Origin: Zancudomyces culisetae HAW-14-8
Taxonomy: Eukaryota > Fungi > Kickxellomycota
Length of the DNA stretch: 64,000 nucleotides
Reading direction: 5' to 3'
Assembly (NCBI GenBank): GCA_052426225.1
Contig: JBNJNM010000006.1
Span: 1,736,001-1,800,000, forward strand
The position numbers and the translations under genes are program-made. The notes under the pieces were generated by a model that saw only the letters and a list, made by a program, of their open reading frames with translations, was not told the DNA's origin and ran no database searches. Positions within the stretch are counted from its first letter, which is position 1. Each line of letters starts with the position of its first letter. Below are positions 63,801 to 64,000 of the stretch, in pieces.

Positions 63801-64000
63801 GACATTTTCGGTGCATGTCGATGATTTTGGCCAGTTGCGTATTGTAGATTTGATACCTGATGGCCGAAACATTCCCGTTACTCAAGAGAATAAAGTCGAG
63901 TATGTGCGGCTGGTATCTGAACAGAGACTGACCGTTGCTATCCAGGACCAAATCAATGCCTTCCTTGAAGGCTTCCACGAACTGGTTCCCAAGGACCTGA
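50942..64000 (+). CDS. TOM1: Giant HECT E3 ubiquitin ligase Tom1/HUWE1, 3'-partial (exon 1 50942-50986, exon 2 from 51106 to beyond the window)
   Basis: WPFSRSDFFHWIKVLNRFDEILE N-terminus; UBA-like LVSIGFERRNVEEAL (about 55270); UBM motifs FIQAIPNEMRREV and FLDALPPDIRQEV; HECT EEGVDAGGVTREWF, YFKFVGRIIGKA, AYFTRSFYK. Start and end of exon 2 are in the same frame, and the ORF track omits it, as expected for a frame with no stop. Confidence 0.96.

Noticed and set aside
51084-63978. Dozens of short minus-strand and off-frame ORFs in the track
   Set aside because: They overlap the single TOM1 frame and arise from its low-complexity, purine-rich composition.

Overview
Eukaryotic DNA from an AT-rich fungus with short GT-AG introns; an early-diverging lineage such as Harpellales/Zoopagomycota is plausible but is only an inference from composition. 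The window has two compartments. (1) About 1-23.4 kb is very AT-rich and repeat-derived. It holds a solo LTR, a tail-to-head tRNA-Glu(CUC)/tRNA-iMet pair separated by 2 nt, two young Ty3/Gypsy chromoviruses with identical LTR pairs, tRNA-Asn, a 750-bp foldback and a decayed acyl-CoA synthetase. One chromovirus is intact and the other lacks its integrase core. Both show tRNA-independent self-priming signals, heat-shock elements in U3 and -1 frameshift pseudoknots. A repeat family here carries four ENE-like (U-rich internal loop, poly(A) triple-helix type) RNA elements on the minus strand, one split by the second retrotransposon. (2) About 24.5-64 kb is gene-dense: GDXG hydrolase, TXNL1, a maltose-acetyltransferase-like gene lacking the catalytic His, SDE2, TVP38, a putative GPI-anchored orphan, stand-alone TRP1, haspin, FMN1, EAF7, GGTase-I beta, an ankyrin protein and a giant TOM1/HUWE1 HECT ligase that runs off the right edge (absent from the ORF track). 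All calls come from reading the sequence; no searches were run.
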